From the NCBI GenBank assembly GCA_041640655.1, contig JBEPZV010000006.1:23000-86999 (forward strand): DNA of 64,000 nt, in the 5' to 3' direction. This DNA comes from a bacterium (lineage in GTDB: Bacteria > Acidobacteriota > Blastocatellia > HR10). The number at the start of each line of letters is the position of its first letter. Position 1 is the first letter of the stretch. Of this stretch, positions 62,589 through 64,000 are shown piece after piece. A model generated the notes under the pieces. The model worked only from the letters and a program-made list of their open reading frames with translations, was not told where the DNA came from and ran no database searches. Made by a program: the position numbers and the translations under genes.

Positions 62589-64000
62589 ATGCCGAGAGGA
62601 AGGATCACGAAGGCGGCCGTCCTCGGCGCGGGCGTGATGGGATCGCAGATCGCCGCGCATATGGCGAACGCGGGCGTTGAGGTCGTGCTTCTGGACATCG
62701 TCCCCTCCTCGCTCACGGAGGAAGAGCGAGCGCGCGGCCTGACGCTAGAGAGCCCAGAGGTCCGCAATCGTTTCGCCCGCCTGGGGCTCGAACGCGCGAA
62801 ACAGCTCAAGCCGCCGGCCTTCATGGATCCGGATCGCGCGCGCCTCATCACGGTGGGGAACCTCGAGGATGATCTGCCGAAGCTCGCGACGGTGGACTGG
62901 ATCATCGAGGCCGTTGTGGAGGATCTGGAGGTCAAGCGCGCGCTCTTCCGTCGCGTGGAGGCCCACCGCCGACCCGATGCGATCGTCAGCTCGAACACCT
63001 CGGGTATTCCGATCGCGCGCTTGCAGGAAGGGCTCTCGGTCGAGTTCCGGCGCCATTTCCTCGGCACGCACTTCTTCAATCCCCCGCGGTATATGCGGCT
63101 CGTGGAGGTGATCCCGACACCGGAGACCGCGCCGGAAGTCGTGCGCACGATCGCGGACTTCTGCGATCGCGCGCTCGGCAAAGGCGTCGTCTTCGCCAAG
63201 GACACGCCCAATTTCATTGCCAATCGCATCGGCGTCTTCTCCTTCCTCCGCACACTGCGCGCGATGTTGGACTATGAGCTCACGCTTGAAGAGGTGGACG
63301 CCCTGACCGGTCCGGCCATCGGACATCCGAAGAGCGCGACCTTCCGAACGGCCGATCTGGCGGGTCTGGATGTCCTCGCGCGCGTGGTCGAGAACATCGC
63401 GGCGAATGCGCCGGAGGATGAATGGCGCGAGGTCTTCGTCCTCCCTGACTTCGTGCGGGAGATGATCCGTCGCGGCTGGATTGGGGAGAAAGCGGGATGC
63501 GGCTTCTATCGCCGCGATCCGACGACCGGAGAGATCCTGGCTCTCGACTACCGAACGCTCGAGTACCGGCCGCGCCAGAAGGCGCGCTTCCCGGCTCTCG
63601 ATCTGGCTCGCCCCATTGAGGATGTGCGCGAACGTCTGCGGACGCTCCTGCAGGGCACAGATCGCGCGGGACGGTTCCTCTGGACCATCGTGAGCGAAAC
63701 GCTGCGATACGCGGCCCATTGCCTCCCGGAGATCGCCGATGACCTCGTCCAGGTGGACCGCGCGATGCGATGGGGGTTCAATTGGGAATTGGGGCCCTTC
63801 GAGACGTGGGACGCTCTGGGTGTGCGCGCCGTCGTGGAGCGTCTGCAGCGAGAGGGGCGCGCGATCCCACCTCTGGTGCAGGCGCTGCTGGCGTCGGGGA
63901 ACGAGACCTTCTATCGCGAGGAGGCCGGACGCCGGTTCTACTTCGATCCGGCGGACGCGAGATATCGCGAGGAGGAGCAGCCTCCCGGCCTCGTGCTCCT
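62589..64000 (+). CDS. 3-hydroxyacyl-CoA dehydrogenase (FadN/FadB-like), 3' truncated by window edge
   Basis: Translated by hand (absent from the ORF track): MPRGRITKAAVLGAGVMGSQIAAH, DWIIEAVVE, SSNTSG, GTHFFNPP, KDTPNFIANRIG. Confidence 0.9.
   Translation, partial: MPRGRITKAAVLGAGVMGSQIAAHMANAGVEVVLLDIVPSSLTEEERARGLTLESPEVRNRFARLGLERAKQLKPPAFMDPDRARLITVGNLEDDLPKLATVDWIIEAVVEDLEVKRALFRRVEAHRRPDAIVSSNTSGIPIARLQEGLSVEFRRHFLGTHFFNPPRYMRLVEVIPTPETAPEVVRTIADFCDRALGKGVVFAKDTPNFIANRIGVFSFLRTLRAMLDYELTLEEVDALTGPAIGHPKSATFRTADLAGLDVLARVVENIAANAPEDEWREVFVLPDFVREMIRRGWIGEKAGCGFYRRDPTTGEILALDYRTLEYRPRQKARFPALDLARPIEDVRERLRTLLQGTDRAGRFLWTIVSETLRYAAHCLPEIADDLVQVDRAMRWGFNWELGPFETWDALGVRAVVERLQREGRAIPPLVQALLASGNETFYREEAGRRFYFDPADARYREEEQPPGLVL

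Overview
High-GC bacterial chromosomal window of mostly housekeeping genes. The fused lptFG, Ig-extended Pal, Tes-like radical SAM and PGNW-type EF-P suggest an Acidobacteriota genome (inference). Contents: a MoxR/DUF58/BatA-vWA operon (1-10.1 kb), a SpoIID/LytB enzyme, ahcY-metK-xerD, lpxD, an atypical parAB pair, miaB, recN, a complete tol-pal-cpoB-ssb cluster, gdhA, uvrA, purC, a tetraether-synthase-like radical SAM, thiC, greA, 2-oxoacid dehydrogenase E1a/E1b/E2 with a LipB-NUDIX fusion, lptFG, efp, purL, tRNA-Phe, recO, ppdK, waaA-lpxK, an S41 protein lacking its catalytic dyad, fadD and a truncated fadN-like gene. I saw no CRISPR array, rRNA, transposase or prophage. Two signals stand out. 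(1) An asymmetric motif GTCYGATAA occurs six times, forces rare codons, and flips orientation at about 12.3-13.4 kb. G/C skew and gene orientation also invert there, next to a dif-like site, xerD and a ParB with a non-canonical DNA-binding region, suggesting an undescribed terminus-organising system. (2) A 39-nt stop-free hairpin element and its 21-nt collapsed forms sit in frame inside several genes of the MoxR operon. All calls come from reading motifs by eye; no database searches were run.
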